Below, one piece after another: positions 37,809 to 46,029 of a stretch of DNA of 64,000 bases. A program made the translations under genes and the position numbers. The DNA lies in IMG/VR virus record IMGVR_UViG_3300009481_004294. One strand, written 5' to 3'. The first letter of the stretch is position 1, and each line of letters begins with the position of its first letter. A model generated the notes under the pieces. That model saw nothing but the letters and a program-made list of their open reading frames with translations, was not told where the DNA came from and made no database searches. The DNA comes from a virus.

Positions 37809-38575
37809 AAATCATTTCAAAATATAATAATACCTGGATGGCATATTTTGGATTTCAAATTTTATTTCATATATTAACTGTTGTTGGATTGTTATATTCA
37901 TCATGGCATTGGCTGTGGTTGTCTTTAGTGGGCATTATTTTTTTCAGACATATTGGTGTAGAAATTGGCGCCCATCGATATTTTGCACATAAAAGTTTTA
38001 AAGCAAAACCTTGGGCTAAAAAATTAATGGCCATTTGTGGACTTTTTGCATATGGAGGAACACACTATGCTTGGATTCCTTTTCATAGACTACATCATCA
38101 AAAATCAGACACTAAATTGGATCCCCATTCACCACATCACATGAGTTTCATAGATGTTTATTTTACTAACTGGCGAGTTGAAGTGTTAGATGTTAAATTG
38201 TATCAAGATTTAATAGAAGATAAATTTTTACAATTTTTACATAGAAATTATTTAATTATAGTAACTACACCATTAATTTTATTTGCATTGATAGATTGGA
38301 GAATATCTGTTTTTCTATTTGCTATTCCAAGTGCATTTGCACTTCATTCTGGGGGGCTGGTAAATTCTATAGGGCATTTATATGGATATAGAAATTTTGA
38401 TGATACAAACGATAAAAGTCGAAATTCTACATGGGTGAATATACTAACTTTAGGAGAAGGTCTGCAGAATAATCATCATGCACATCCTGAAAGATATAAT
38501 TTTAAAATGTCTAATAGATGGTATGAGACAGATTTTTTGAACGTTTTTCTAATAGAAAAGTTTTTAAAGGCGTGA
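37805..38575 (+). CDS. Membrane fatty-acid desaturase 3
   Basis: HRYFAH / HRLHH / QNNHH. Confidence 0.9.
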   Translation: MKIISKYNNTWMAYFGFQILFHILTVVGLLYSSWHWLWLSLVGIIFFRHIGVEIGAHRYFAHKSFKAKPWAKKLMAICGLFAYGGTHYAWIPFHRLHHQKSDTKLDPHSPHHMSFIDVYFTNWRVEVLDVKLYQDLIEDKFLQFLHRNYLIIVTTPLILFALIDWRISVFLFAIPSAFALHSGGLVNSIGHLYGYRNFDDTNDKSRNSTWVNILTLGEGLQNNHHAHPERYNFKMSNRWYETDFLNVFLIEKFLKA

Positions 38576-39438
38576 TAATGTTTAAATATGAGATGACACG
38601 AAATGCAATTATTATTGGGATGATGATTCATTTATCTTTTCATGTTTTATTAGTATATGGAATAATAACTTTTTCTTTACATTGGTTGTGGTTAACATTA
38701 ATAGGAACCATTTTAATTCGACATATAGGAACTGAAATAGGCGCTCACAGGTATTATACTCATCAAAGTTTTAAAGCAAATCCGTGGGCACAGTGGCTTA
38801 TGTCTATTTTATTTGTATGGAATTATGGAGGTAGTATGTTAGCATGGTGTCCTGGACACAGTTATCATCATAGATTTTCTGATAGTAAACATGATATACA
38901 ATCTCCACATTATATAAAAAAATTTAAAGATTTTGTTAGAGTTGTTTTTCCTGCAGTATTCGCATATGAAAAATTATATAACGATGAAATTGATAAAATG
39001 AGAATGAAAAGATACATGGAATGGTTTCATGAAAAGAGGGGTTTTATGGAATTAATGAAGAATAAACCAGCGAGATTTACTCATAATTATTATTGGTTGA
39101 TTGTATCTCTTCCAATTATAATTTTACCAATAATTGATATTCGTTTATTAATCTTTCTTATAGCAATACCATGTGTAATTAATTTTTGGTCTTTGGCTCT
39201 ACTAAATTTTTTTGGACATATTTCTACTATTGGAAGTTATAAAAATTTCGAAACTGATGAGTGGGGTAACAAGGAACGTTCAGTTAATACTCTATGGTTA
39301 AATATATTTACTGGGGGAATGGGACTACAAAATAATCACCATCATAATTCAAGAGCCTATAATTTTAAAATGAATGATAAATGGCATGAAACAGATTTTT
39401 TGAATGTATTTTTAATAGAAAAATTTTTAAAGGTTTAA
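38572..39438 (+). CDS. Membrane fatty-acid desaturase 4
   Basis: HRYYTH / HSYHH / QNNHH. Confidence 0.9.
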   Translation: MIMFKYEMTRNAIIIGMMIHLSFHVLLVYGIITFSLHWLWLTLIGTILIRHIGTEIGAHRYYTHQSFKANPWAQWLMSILFVWNYGGSMLAWCPGHSYHHRFSDSKHDIQSPHYIKKFKDFVRVVFPAVFAYEKLYNDEIDKMRMKRYMEWFHEKRGFMELMKNKPARFTHNYYWLIVSLPIIILPIIDIRLLIFLIAIPCVINFWSLALLNFFGHISTIGSYKNFETDEWGNKERSVNTLWLNIFTGGMGLQNNHHHNSRAYNFKMNDKWHETDFLNVFLIEKFLKV

Positions 39439-39439
39439 C

Positions 39440-40279
39440 ATGTTCAAATTTACAGCAAATAGGTTTGCAGTTATTATGATTTCTATTATTCATACGTTAT
39501 TTCATATATTAACTGTATATGGATTAATAACTTTTTCTTTACATTGGTTATGGTTATCTTTTATTGGTGTTATATTATTACGACATATCGGTACAGAAAT
39601 AGGAAATCATCGATATTTTTGTCATAGGAGTTTTGAAGCAAAACCTTGGGCAGAATGGCTTATGATGATTGGATATGCATTTTCGTATGGAGGAAGTAAT
39701 ATAGCATATGCTATAGGTCATAGATGGCATCATGCTACATCTGATACTGAAAAAGATCCAATTTCTCCTCATAACATTAAGAATGTTAAAGATGTTTTTA
39801 GAATTATAACTCAAACTTTAGGAGAACTTCAACAGGAAGAACGTAAAGATTGGAATATTTTTAGAAAAAGTGAAAATAAATTTTGTAAAAAATTATTTAA
39901 AAATAAAGTAGCAAGATTCAATCATGAATATTATTGGTTAATAGCACTTTCTCCCATTGTAATTTTATCAATAATCGATATTCGTTTGTTAATATTTTTT
40001 ATAGCATTACCTTGTGTTATAACTTTTTGGTCTGGAATGTTAGCACATTTTTTAGGACATGTAATGTTATTTGGTTGTTATAGAAATTATGAAACTACAG
40101 TTGATGATCTATCGGTAAATAATCCATGGTTAAATATAATAACAGGAGGATTAGGAACATTACATAATAATCATCATGCACATCCTGAAAGATATAATTA
40201 TAAAATGTCTAATAGATGGTATGAGACAGATTTTCCCAATGTGTTTTTAATAGAAAAGTTTTTAAAACATGATAGATAA
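39440..40279 (+). CDS. Membrane fatty-acid desaturase 5
   Basis: HRYFCH / HRWHH / HNNHH. Confidence 0.9.
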   Translation: MFKFTANRFAVIMISIIHTLFHILTVYGLITFSLHWLWLSFIGVILLRHIGTEIGNHRYFCHRSFEAKPWAEWLMMIGYAFSYGGSNIAYAIGHRWHHATSDTEKDPISPHNIKNVKDVFRIITQTLGELQQEERKDWNIFRKSENKFCKKLFKNKVARFNHEYYWLIALSPIVILSIIDIRLLIFFIALPCVITFWSGMLAHFLGHVMLFGCYRNYETTVDDLSVNNPWLNIITGGLGTLHNNHHAHPERYNYKMSNRWYETDFPNVFLIEKFLKHDR

Positions 40280-41063
40280 CCTTAATAAATTATTTGTTAA
40301 AGATTTTCAAATTAGTATATTACAATATGTGTGGATTTATACCTTTCCTATCATATCTGTATTGGGAATAATATATTCGTCATGGCATTGGTTGTTTTTA
40401 ACATTAGTGGGTATAATTTTGTTTAAAGATATTGGAGGCGAAATAGGAGTCCATAGATACTGGACACATAATTCATTTAAAGCGAAACCTTGGGTACCAA
40501 AATTATTTTCAATTTGTACAATTTTATGCTATGCTGGTAGTCCTCTTACTTGGTCATATGTTCATAGACATCATCATGAGCATTCTGATACTGAAAAGGA
40601 TGTACACTCTCCCCACCACAGCAAATGGTATCATATCTGGAGAGGATATTGGGATTTTTCAAAAATAGAAAAGTTTGATCCTAGATTCGTAGCAGATTTG
40701 TTGAAAGATGAATCAATAAAATTTGCACATCGATATCATTTATTGATTCAAATATGCGTAATCATAATAACTGTGTCTATAGATTGGAGAATATTTGTAT
40801 TTTTATTTGCTCTTCCTAGTGCAATAACATTTTGGTTTGGATCTATAGCTGTTAATATGATGAGTCATTTGTGGGGATATCGTAATTTTGAAACACCTGA
40901 TAATTCAAAAAATAATATACTTGCTTGTATTCTTGTTTCTTCTGGAGGATTACAAAACAATCATCATTATAATCCTTCTTCATATAATTTTAAAATGTCA
41001 GATAGATGGTATGAACAAGATATGAAAAATGTGTTTCTTATTGAAAGATTTTTTAAAGCATGA
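40269..41063 (+). CDS. Membrane fatty-acid desaturase 6
   Basis: HRYWTH / HRHHH / QNNHH. Confidence 0.9.
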   Translation: MIDNLNKLFVKDFQISILQYVWIYTFPIISVLGIIYSSWHWLFLTLVGIILFKDIGGEIGVHRYWTHNSFKAKPWVPKLFSICTILCYAGSPLTWSYVHRHHHEHSDTEKDVHSPHHSKWYHIWRGYWDFSKIEKFDPRFVADLLKDESIKFAHRYHLLIQICVIIITVSIDWRIFVFLFALPSAITFWFGSIAVNMMSHLWGYRNFETPDNSKNNILACILVSSGGLQNNHHYNPSSYNFKMSDRWYEQDMKNVFLIERFFKA

Positions 41064-41824
41064 TTAATTATTATATTAAATCTAAGCGAACTCCCTATTT
41101 TTTCTTAATTAATTTAATTGCTCATTTAGCAATTATACCCGCAATTCTTTATGGCGAATGGTGGATGTGGATATTAAGTTTGATATGGTGGCAGTGGATA
41201 GGATGTACAGCATATACTACTGGGTATCATAGGTATTATACTCATAAAAGTTTTAAAGCACCGCTTTGGTATGATTATTATTTTAATTTTTTTTCTTTAT
41301 TTGGTAATCCAGGACCAGTTCTTATATGGAGCGGAACACATAAATTACACCACAAATATAGTGATACGGAATTAGATCCACATAGTCCTAAACATAAAGG
41401 ATTTTGGAATGTGTGGACAAGTTTTTGGGGAATGGGAGTGTTTACAATAGATCCTCCTACAAGAGAAGATTTAAAAGATTGGTTAGAAGAAACAAAAGAT
41501 CCTATTGCTAAATGGTTTTATGATAATTATCTTTCTTTAACAGTTATTATTATGATTGTATTGTTATTCATGGGTCCTTGGTTTTTTATATTTGGTTTTT
41601 GTATTCCTACATGTTTAATACTTCATGGTTCGGGTATTATTAATGCATTTACTCATAAGAATGGAAAACCAGAGAATAAAAATTTAGTGGCATTGATAAC
41701 CGCTGGAGAAGGATGGCATTTGAATCATCATGAAGATCCATCTAATTATACGACAAGAAAAGAGTCGTATAAATGGTGGCAAGTTGACTTAAATGGTATA
41801 TGGATCAATTTAATTAAAATATAG
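41060..41824 (+). CDS. Membrane fatty-acid desaturase 7 (most divergent, closest to the canonical GEGWHxNHH type)
   Basis: HRYYTH / HKLHH / AGEGWHLNHH. Confidence 0.92.
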   Translation: MINYYIKSKRTPYFFLINLIAHLAIIPAILYGEWWMWILSLIWWQWIGCTAYTTGYHRYYTHKSFKAPLWYDYYFNFFSLFGNPGPVLIWSGTHKLHHKYSDTELDPHSPKHKGFWNVWTSFWGMGVFTIDPPTREDLKDWLEETKDPIAKWFYDNYLSLTVIIMIVLLFMGPWFFIFGFCIPTCLILHGSGIINAFTHKNGKPENKNLVALITAGEGWHLNHHEDPSNYTTRKESYKWWQVDLNGIWINLIKI

Positions 41825-41875
41825 GCTCGATATATATTAACACCAGAGAATGGAAACGAAAGTTCCGCTTTGGAC

Positions 41876-41948
41876 AGGGGTGTAGTTTAATTAAAACGGC
41901 CAACAGGGTGTTGGGAAGTTGTGAGTGTAAATCTCGCCACCCCGACCA
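41876..41948 (+). tRNA. Atypical tRNA-like RNA with GGG (Pro) anticodon and encoded CCA
   Basis: Manual cloverleaf. Acceptor aGGGGTG/CACCCCg (6 bp plus A1.G72), discriminator A, CCA. D stem GTTT/AAAC with AATTA loop. Anticodon arm CCAA-CAGGGTG-TTGG. T stem GTGAG/CTCGC with TGTAAAT loop. Confidence 0.6.
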
Positions 41949-41968
41949 AAATTAAAAAAAAGTATGTT

Positions 41969-42775
41969 ATGATTACAATTAATACATGGAAAAATAATTA
42001 TATTATTGCACATGATCCTCATTCAAAAATTGAAATAGATTCTTTGAATAAATTATTTGTTTCATTAGTAGATAAAATTGGGGGTAGTGATCAAGATTCT
42101 ATTGAACGAGCAAAGAGAAAAGGTGAATATTTATTAATTGCTGGACATGCAAATATAAAATATGAATTGTTAGCAAGAACTTTTCAAGATTTTCTTAAAC
42201 AATTTGAAATTGGTTATGATTGGAGAGGTGAAAGTTCTGCTGATAATATATCATTATTTAATGAATTAAATATTTTACCAACAGAAGATCCTTCTACAGG
42301 TGCTATAGGTGGAGGAGTGCCTGATGATAATCAGAATGAAATAGAATTAGGTATTCTTCCATTGGTCACTATTCTCAATACATTTGATGGAATTAGAACT
42401 TTTGGTTCATGTGAAGGACACTATGTTAAGTCTGATTTTCTCAATGCGTATATATCATGGACTGCTTGCAATATAAATGGACTAAATTATTCTACATTTC
42501 TTTTAAAAAATGCAATTAATGGTGTTTGGGAAAAAAGAAAATTAAATGATGATGAGAATTTTAATATAAATCAAATAATTAATAGAATTACATTAAGTTT
42601 TAATACAGGATATTGGAAGCCTGCACGTTTAAGGACTGCTCCATTACCAGGTGAAAATTTTTATCATTTTCGTTTTGATTATGAATTTAAATTTCGATCA
42701 CTTGTTTTTAATATAATAAATGATATTGCTGAACATATTATAAATGAAAAATATGAATTGTCAAAGGAGATATAA
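41969..42775 (+). CDS. Hypothetical protein with TFGSCEGH motif
   Basis: ATG at 41969 is preferred because the track's GTG at 41921 lies inside the tRNA-like element. Confidence 0.6.
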   Translation: MITINTWKNNYIIAHDPHSKIEIDSLNKLFVSLVDKIGGSDQDSIERAKRKGEYLLIAGHANIKYELLARTFQDFLKQFEIGYDWRGESSADNISLFNELNILPTEDPSTGAIGGGVPDDNQNEIELGILPLVTILNTFDGIRTFGSCEGHYVKSDFLNAYISWTACNINGLNYSTFLLKNAINGVWEKRKLNDDENFNINQIINRITLSFNTGYWKPARLRTAPLPGENFYHFRFDYEFKFRSLVFNIINDIAEHIINEKYELSKEI

Positions 42776-43038
42776 TGGCTAAAATTAGTGAAATATCTAA
42801 TGAGTTGAAGAAAAAACTTGAAGACACAATGCAGGGTGGATATACAGGAGGCTGTCAAGAGTGGATTAATTTAATTGCAACTGCTGAACCGTCAGAAAAT
42901 GAAAAAGAAGCAAATATGTTAAAAGCGTTAAATGATTTAACAACACAATTTACAGCAACGATGTCTGGAAATGCACCAGGTGATCTGACAATTTGGTATC
43001 AAGAATTAAACTTTGCTATGAATGAATATTTGACTTAA
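42775..43038 (+). CDS. Hypothetical small protein
   Basis: 87-aa ORF, TAATG coupling. Confidence 0.55.
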   Translation: MAKISEISNELKKKLEDTMQGGYTGGCQEWINLIATAEPSENEKEANMLKALNDLTTQFTATMSGNAPGDLTIWYQELNFAMNEYLT

Positions 43039-43045
43039 TAATCTT

Positions 43046-43729
43046 ATGAAAATAGAATTTTATGGTTCTAGTATAATAGGATCAAATACTTTTCAAATAG
43101 AAAAGCCTAAAGCATTCTATGATTTGATTCTTGATCATTTCAATGCTTCTTCATTAAATTATATGATAGCACAATGTTCAGAAGAAAGGATTCTTTACAA
43201 TTTAAAAAAGACCAGTGAAATTGATATAGCAATAATCTTTCATTCAACTCCTCAATTTATATATTTTCCAAATTTTACTAGAGATTTTATTTATATGAAT
43301 GATGATAGAGTTGATGATTGGGATAATCGGCAACATTTTTTAGATTATGTTGATGCTTTTAAACAAAACAGAAAAGACATAGTTACAAATTTTAGTGTAC
43401 CTACAGAACCTATTGATGCATCAATTATAAAAGATTTCATGAAATTACATTTTAATAGAGATGTAAATAGAAATAGATTTCATGGAGCATTATCTTTAAT
43501 TGATGAATATGTTTATTCAAAAAAAATACCAACAATACACGTTATAAATGATCATATTCCTGGTTGGTTTACTTTTAAATCGGGCATTATAGATGAAGAT
43601 ATTTGTGAAATCGAAAAAGAATATAGTGTATCATTCAATAAATCTGTAAATGGAATAAGTGAAGAGGGAAATAATCTTATTTTTAATAAATTAATTGGTT
43701 TGATCCAAAGTACAATACAAAGGACATAA
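43046..43729 (+). CDS. Hypothetical protein (SGNH-hydrolase-like layout, catalytic residues doubtful)
   Basis: N-terminal FYGSS and C-terminal NGISEEGN..IF resemble GDS...NH-type proteins. Confidence 0.45.
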   Translation: MKIEFYGSSIIGSNTFQIEKPKAFYDLILDHFNASSLNYMIAQCSEERILYNLKKTSEIDIAIIFHSTPQFIYFPNFTRDFIYMNDDRVDDWDNRQHFLDYVDAFKQNRKDIVTNFSVPTEPIDASIIKDFMKLHFNRDVNRNRFHGALSLIDEYVYSKKIPTIHVINDHIPGWFTFKSGIIDEDICEIEKEYSVSFNKSVNGISEEGNNLIFNKLIGLIQSTIQRT

Positions 43730-43733
43730 ACCA

Positions 43734-43741
43734 TATAAATA
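43734..43741 (+). promoter_or_regulatory. T4-type late promoter TATAAATA for the prohead genes
   Basis: Exact match, followed by a GAGG RBS and ATG 43774. Confidence 0.8.
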
Positions 43742-43773
43742 TAAATTAGATAACGAAATTTATTTAGAGGGTT

Positions 43774-44352
43774 ATGAAAAAATTTAAAGATTTATCAGCA
43801 ACGGCTAAAAAAGAAGTAAAAGAGCATTTTAGTGGTGTTCCACATCAACATCCTCATGGAAAAATGAATTATGATGATGTTGAGGGGAGAATGGCTAAAC
43901 AAAGTTTATACAAACTACACAAATATAGTAGAGAACTTTTTGAAATGCTCGATGATCATACAGAATTAGAAGCATGGGTTCAAGATAAAATTTCAAGAGC
44001 ATGTTCTTATATAAGTTCTGTAAAGCATTTTCTTGAATATGAAATGGATCATGGTTCAGAAGATAATCCTTATGAGGAATTCGAATATGATGATGATCTG
44101 GATATGATTGAAGATGTTCATCATATTGATGATTTAATTCCATTACTCAAGCAAATTTATAAAGTTCAAGAATCACATAAAATAAATTTGAAAGATGTTC
44201 AAGTAATTGTTGAACCTGATGATGCAGAGGTTTTATACGAAACTTATAAAAAATTAAATGACGAAAATAAGAAAGAATTTTCTAAAAAAATATTTGAAAG
44301 TAAAGAAGATTTTTGGAATATGGTTTCTTTTTCTAGAAGCAGAGGAGAATAA
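43774..44352 (+). CDS. Conserved prohead-region protein (gp67-position)
   Basis: EGRMAK..L...L..WVQ.KI and Y..LNDENK..F motifs; under a late promoter upstream of gp21. Confidence 0.55.
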   Translation: MKKFKDLSATAKKEVKEHFSGVPHQHPHGKMNYDDVEGRMAKQSLYKLHKYSRELFEMLDDHTELEAWVQDKISRACSYISSVKHFLEYEMDHGSEDNPYEEFEYDDDLDMIEDVHHIDDLIPLLKQIYKVQESHKINLKDVQVIVEPDDAEVLYETYKKLNDENKKEFSKKIFESKEDFWNMVSFSRSRGE

Positions 44353-44355
44353 TTA

Positions 44356-44604
44356 ATGGCTTATAAACTACTTGGTGCCTTAGTAACCGATCCAGCAAAT
44401 AATACTATTGGTTCAGCAACTACAGTTGCATGTAACATAGAAACTGCGGGAACCGTAGAAGTACAGGGACCTGCAATAAATGGTGGATCTTGGGAATCTA
44501 AAGGAACGATTAAACTTCCTGTAGGAATACATAAAATTCTTAAAAATTCTGATTGGAGTGTAACTTTTACGGGTCAGGCAACTTCAGTAGCACATTCGGA
44601 CTAA
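44356..44604 (+). CDS. Small hypothetical virion-region protein
   Basis: 82 aa with GGAG RBS. Confidence 0.55.
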   Translation: MAYKLLGALVTDPANNTIGSATTVACNIETAGTVEVQGPAINGGSWESKGTIKLPVGIHKILKNSDWSVTFTGQATSVAHSD

Positions 44605-44612
44605 GGTCATGA

Positions 44613-44921
44613 ATGAAGAGAATACATAAAATAAGTCGTGTTCGAACTATTGGTGGTAGACGAAAAGCATTTAGAAATATTTTTAGAAAAAATAGAGGAC
44701 TGATTGGTAAGGGATATAGAAAGGTTGCAGGCAAGAAAATTCTTAAAAAAATGACTGCAAAAGAAAGAAAGAAATTTAATCCTAAAACTAATCTGAAAAT
44801 AAGACAGTCTTTAAGAAAAAGAAAAATAAAACAGAGATTAATAAACATAAAAAGAAAAAAAACATTAAGGTCTGGATTATTTAGAGGAATTTCAAAGCTA
44901 AATAAAAATATAAAAAGATGA
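44613..44921 (+). CDS. Highly basic prohead core protein (gp68-like)
   Basis: Arg/Lys-rich; positioned before gp21 like T4 gp68. Confidence 0.55.
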   Translation: MKRIHKISRVRTIGGRRKAFRNIFRKNRGLIGKGYRKVAGKKILKKMTAKERKKFNPKTNLKIRQSLRKRKIKQRLINIKRKKTLRSGLFRGISKLNKNIKR

Positions 44922-45319
44922 AAATATTCAGAGAATTTAAAGACGAAGCAGAATATCAGCATGTTCCTCTAGAGGAAAGAAAGTTTACTCTTCAACAAAG
45001 ATTGAAAGCGGGACAACGGGCTAGGAGAAGGTCTAAGTTGTTGAAGAGAGCAAAACAAAGAGCATTGAGAAGAATTGCGAGTCCAGAAGTATTACAAAAG
45101 CGGGCTAGAAGAACGGCTAGAAATATAATGAAAAGCAGAATTGCTAGAGGACAAAGCCTTTCACAAATGTCTCCTGCTCAAAAAATAATGCTTGCGACAA
45201 GATTAGAGAAATTTTTACCAAGAATTAAAAAAATGGCTAAAAGATTAGTAAAAGTTAAAAGAAAAGAAGAATTAGCACGTAAAAGAAACAGAACAAAAAC
45301 ACCAGGTCAAAAAGGTTAA
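44918..45319 (+). CDS. Second basic prohead-region protein
   Basis: TLQQRLK...R..KLL.RAK.RA..R.AS.E.L.KRA pattern; Arg/Lys-rich. Confidence 0.55.
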   Translation: MKIFREFKDEAEYQHVPLEERKFTLQQRLKAGQRARRRSKLLKRAKQRALRRIASPEVLQKRARRTARNIMKSRIARGQSLSQMSPAQKIMLATRLEKFLPRIKKMAKRLVKVKRKEELARKRNRTKTPGQKG

Positions 45320-45322
45320 GTT

Positions 45323-45970
45323 ATGCATTTAATTACAGAACTAAACGAAAATATAGAGTACGTTACAGAAGAAGGAAAAGACGGGAAAAAATCTCTATAT
45401 ATCCAAGGACCCTTTATGATGGCAGAAGTGAAAAATAAGAATGGAAGAATTTATCCTAAAGAAGTTCTTATGAAAGAAATAAAAAGATATAACGAAAGTT
45501 ATGTCGGAAAAAATAGAGCATTCGGGGAACTGGGTCATCCAGACGGTCCTGGTATAAATTTAGAACGGGTATCACACATGATTACTGAATTAAAAGAAGA
45601 TGGTAATAATGTTGTCGGTAAAGCGAAGATTATTGATACCCCATATGGCAAAATTGTGCAAAATCTTATCGAGAATGGCGCACAATTAGGCGTATCTTCT
45701 AGAGGAATGGGTTCTTTAGAAGAAAAAGGCGGAGTAAAATACGTAAAAGATGATTTTTATTTAGCAACTGCCGCAGACATAGTTGCTGATCCTTCTGCTC
45801 CTGAAGCCTTTGTTCAAGGTATCGTGGAAGGAAAGGAATGGGTTTGGGAATCAGGTGTTCTTAGAGAAAAGGTGATTTCAGCTATTCACAAAGAAGTTAC
45901 CAAAGCGCCGTCTAAAAAACTAGAAAATGTTAAGTTAAAAGCATTTAATAGCTTTCTTTCAAACCTATAA
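45323..45970 (+). CDS. gp21: Prohead protease gp21
   Basis: KNKNGRIYP, AFGELGHP, VSHMI, GVSSRGMGSL, DIVADPSAP.AFV.GI.EGKEW. Confidence 0.97.
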   Translation: MHLITELNENIEYVTEEGKDGKKSLYIQGPFMMAEVKNKNGRIYPKEVLMKEIKRYNESYVGKNRAFGELGHPDGPGINLERVSHMITELKEDGNNVVGKAKIIDTPYGKIVQNLIENGAQLGVSSRGMGSLEEKGGVKYVKDDFYLATAADIVADPSAPEAFVQGIVEGKEWVWESGVLREKVISAIHKEVTKAPSKKLENVKLKAFNSFLSNL

Positions 45971-45973
45971 TTG

Positions 45974-45981
45974 TATAAATA
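45974..45981 (+). promoter_or_regulatory. T4-type late promoter TATAAATA for gp22-gp23
   Basis: Exact match in the intergenic region; AGGAG RBS before ATG 46030. Confidence 0.8.
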
Positions 45982-46029
45982 TAAACATGAGACAGAGACA
46001 ATATTCTCACAAAATTAAGGAGTTATCAC

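Noticed and set aside
36290-41824. Definite assignment as a polyyne (caryoynencin/protegencin-type) cluster
   Set aside because: No fatty acyl-AMP ligase, thioesterase or rubredoxin is visible, and a type III PKS is present. The product class cannot be fixed from sequence.
41851-41948. Selenocysteine tRNA or a standard functional tRNA-Pro
   Set aside because: No UCA anticodon or long variable arm; invariant D-loop, T-loop and anticodon-loop bases are missing, so a routine call is not supported.
41921-41968. Track start (GTG 41921) for the 284-aa ORF
   Set aside because: It falls in the T arm of the tRNA-like element; ATG 41969 is more plausible.
44567-44962. 131-aa Phe/Leu-rich minus-strand ORF
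   Set aside because: Antisense shadow of the Lys/Arg-rich gp68-like gene.
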